Origin: a virus
Lineage: Duplodnaviria > Caudoviricetes
DNA: 61,105 nt
Reading direction: 5' to 3' (one strand)
IMG/VR virus record: IMGVR_UViG_3300006162_000242
Location: 1-61,105 of that record
The notes under the pieces are model-generated. The model worked only from the letters and a program-made list of their open reading frames with translations, was not told the DNA's origin and ran no database searches. Positions 59,164 to 61,105 of this stretch are shown here, piece by piece; position 1 is the stretch's first letter, and each line of letters begins with the position of its first letter. The translations under genes were made by a program, and so were the position numbers.

Positions 59164-60660
59164 ATGCTAGTAAAAAAATCAATCGTAGAAAAATGGTATC
59201 ACCGTGATAGCTTCGTCTATCGTAACTTCTGCTATCTGTTTGTCAATCCGCTGTGGGAAAAGCGTATCCCCGAAGGCTTTACAGTATGCCCATACTTCTG
59301 GATGAGTATGTTCTCCTTGCTGATTTTCCGCCCGTTCTTTGTGGCCCCAATCAAATATATTGTGCTGCCAATCATCAACGCCATCGGCAAACCCGCTCAT
59401 GCGGCAGACAAGGCCATTTATAATGCCATCAAATCAATCGAATTCCTTGCGATTGACCGAGATTATTTCAAGGGGAGCGGGTTCTTTCTGGTGTTCATTG
59501 GATTACTATTGTGTGCTGCCATAACTCTTATCGGATTTGTATTGGTTGGGATTGCTATTATGGCTTATGTCACCCTTGCGACCACCAACCTCGGCGTGTT
59601 TACATTTTATAGCATGTTGAGTTTCGCAATCTTATTCGGCATCATTTGTCTCCACAAACTGTTTACTAAAACCAAATGCAAAACGATGTATTATCTCGTT
59701 GTATGGGCGGTGATATTCGCCATTTCCGCATTTGTATTCGTTCCCACGGAAACTGCGGCCATCATCGGAAACGTCGCATCATCAATCGGGCATGTATTCG
59801 CATCCATTGCCATCGGTATTTGGTCGGGCATCGTTGCATCTTCTATTTTCTTATGGGCATGGACAAAGTTCATCTTCTTGTGGAAACCCATTGCCGCCTT
59901 TATGCTTCCGTGGTGGAGTTATATTGTCGGTCTCACAGTCCTCGGATGGCTGGTTGATAAAATCAGTTGCTATTACGCCGCCAAAGAAAACGAATACATC
60001 CGCAAAACAAACCCAAATCAAATTTATGCCATCTACCGCAGTGCGTGGATTGAGAATTTCATTACACTTTTGTTGATGAATTCAGCGTGGTCAAAAAATA
60101 GTGCATGGTCGGACGAAATAAGCGATGCATTTATTTACGATGCTGCCAAAGAATTGCGACCAACTTTATTGCGTGCTGCCTTTGAGACGATGTGGAAAAA
60201 CGAGTTGGACAAACTCCAACATGACTATCCCACATTTCCGAAGGAAGTCTTGAACAATGTAAAAGCGGATATTATGGGCACCGATAGTCGGTTCAGGATT
60301 GTGCGGGATTCACTCATCAATAAGTATCCTGATTTTCCCACAATGGATGTTGACAAATTCACTAAAATCTTCATCCAAGAAATGGTAAACAATGTCGCCG
60401 TTCAAAATTTGGCACTTCATTATAGGAAACAGTATCAAGCCGAACAGGCGAAGGCCGAGGCAAAACAAACCTCATGGTCTCATACCACCTGCCTCAAGGT
60501 CACAAACAACATCGCCAATGCCGTAAAGACGGTTGTCCGTGGACTCAAAACCACGGTCGTTCAAACAGGCACGTTCTTCGCTTATTTGTGGATGCTTGTC
60601 AAGGCGAAGAAACAGGGTGCCTGCCCGTATTTCCGATTCACCGATAGCTCCGAAAAATAA
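59164..60660 (+). CDS. Multi-pass membrane protein
   Basis: Seven or more hydrophobic segments; CPYF motifs near both ends. Confidence 0.7.
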   Translation: MLVKKSIVEKWYHRDSFVYRNFCYLFVNPLWEKRIPEGFTVCPYFWMSMFSLLIFRPFFVAPIKYIVLPIINAIGKPAHAADKAIYNAIKSIEFLAIDRDYFKGSGFFLVFIGLLLCAAITLIGFVLVGIAIMAYVTLATTNLGVFTFYSMLSFAILFGIICLHKLFTKTKCKTMYYLVVWAVIFAISAFVFVPTETAAIIGNVASSIGHVFASIAIGIWSGIVASSIFLWAWTKFIFLWKPIAAFMLPWWSYIVGLTVLGWLVDKISCYYAAKENEYIRKTNPNQIYAIYRSAWIENFITLLLMNSAWSKNSAWSDEISDAFIYDAAKELRPTLLRAAFETMWKNELDKLQHDYPTFPKEVLNNVKADIMGTDSRFRIVRDSLINKYPDFPTMDVDKFTKIFIQEMVNNVAVQNLALHYRKQYQAEQAKAEAKQTSWSHTTCLKVTNNIANAVKTVVRGLKTTVVQTGTFFAYLWMLVKAKKQGACPYFRFTDSSEK

Positions 60661-60744
60661 AACTGCCTCTTGACATTTTTTTACATCGTGCTATATTATT
60701 CTCGTAACGTAACAACATCAAAAAATTAACATCAAAACAAAATT

Positions 60745-61105
60745 ATGTGCCAGCAAGTTCAATCCGTGACTCTTCAAACCGCAATCCTCATGCAAGTGAA
60801 GGAGTTTGCCAACAATAACCAAACATTTAGCGTGCATGACATCACTCGCACGATTCGTCAGAAGACTGCTCAGGGCGAGTTGGAAATCCCCGAAGTCGAA
60901 GTCAGCGGTGCCTCTTTCCGTTTCGACATCCCGCACGCCAAGGTCAAATCTTTGTTCGACGAACTCTATCGCACGGGGGTTTTCGACACCGAATTCACGC
61001 TCACCCGCACGTTCACTGGCCTGATTGGCGGCACTCCGAGCTACTTCGAATATACTCCGACGCTTGTCGGCAATGTTGCGACTACTCCCGCACCGGCCTC
61101 TACCG
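60745..61105 (+). CDS. Hypothetical protein (partial, runs off the right edge)
   Basis: MCQQVQSVTLQTAILMQVKEF... open to the end; TTGACA promoter at 60670. Confidence 0.6.
   Translation, partial: MCQQVQSVTLQTAILMQVKEFANNNQTFSVHDITRTIRQKTAQGELEIPEVEVSGASFRFDIPHAKVKSLFDELYRTGVFDTEFTLTRTFTGLIGGTPSYFEYTPTLVGNVATTPAPAST

Noticed and set aside
1-61105. Stop-codon reassignment, as seen in some large phages
   Set aside because: Conserved genes (ligase, thyA, rIIA, Thg1, PARP) are full length under the standard code.

Overview
This window looks like an accessory or host-takeover region of a large (jumbo-type) dsDNA bacteriophage. It has dense small ORFs, mostly on the minus strand up to about 54.4 kb, with ATGA-type overlaps, rIIA/rIIB, thyA/DHFR, an ATP-dependent DNA ligase, three homing endonucleases and many sigma70-like promoters. 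No structural genes, tRNA genes or CRISPR array were seen. A prepilin-motif protein and TN-rich secreted proteins hint at a PVC-superphylum (probably Verrucomicrobiota) host; this is inference. Best candidates for undescribed systems: (1) a 1-kb non-coding array upstream of a DUF2828 (Ro60/TROVE-like) gene, built from Y-RNA-like units with a terminal stem, a 5' ACAGCAA motif, a 3' CUAG end and variable strings of small hairpins; (2) a DIP1984-like coiled-coil gene followed by a ~214-nt stem-closed RNA with 7-nt periodic repeats; (3) an NAD-salvage operon (NadM-Nudix, PncA) under an NrtR-type operator, followed by a dispersed TerY-P-like vWA/PP2C/kinase triad; (4) an RIIB protein fused to an acyl carrier protein domain; (5) a J-domain kinase/vWA/pyruvate-kinase-like module. 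Also present: a WGR-PARP, a macrodomain, a translation/tRNA-rescue set (EF-Ts, Thg1, Pth2, GlyRS core, TyrRS-type S4) and an R-M-like cassette. All calls come from motif reading by eye; no database searches or folding programs were run.
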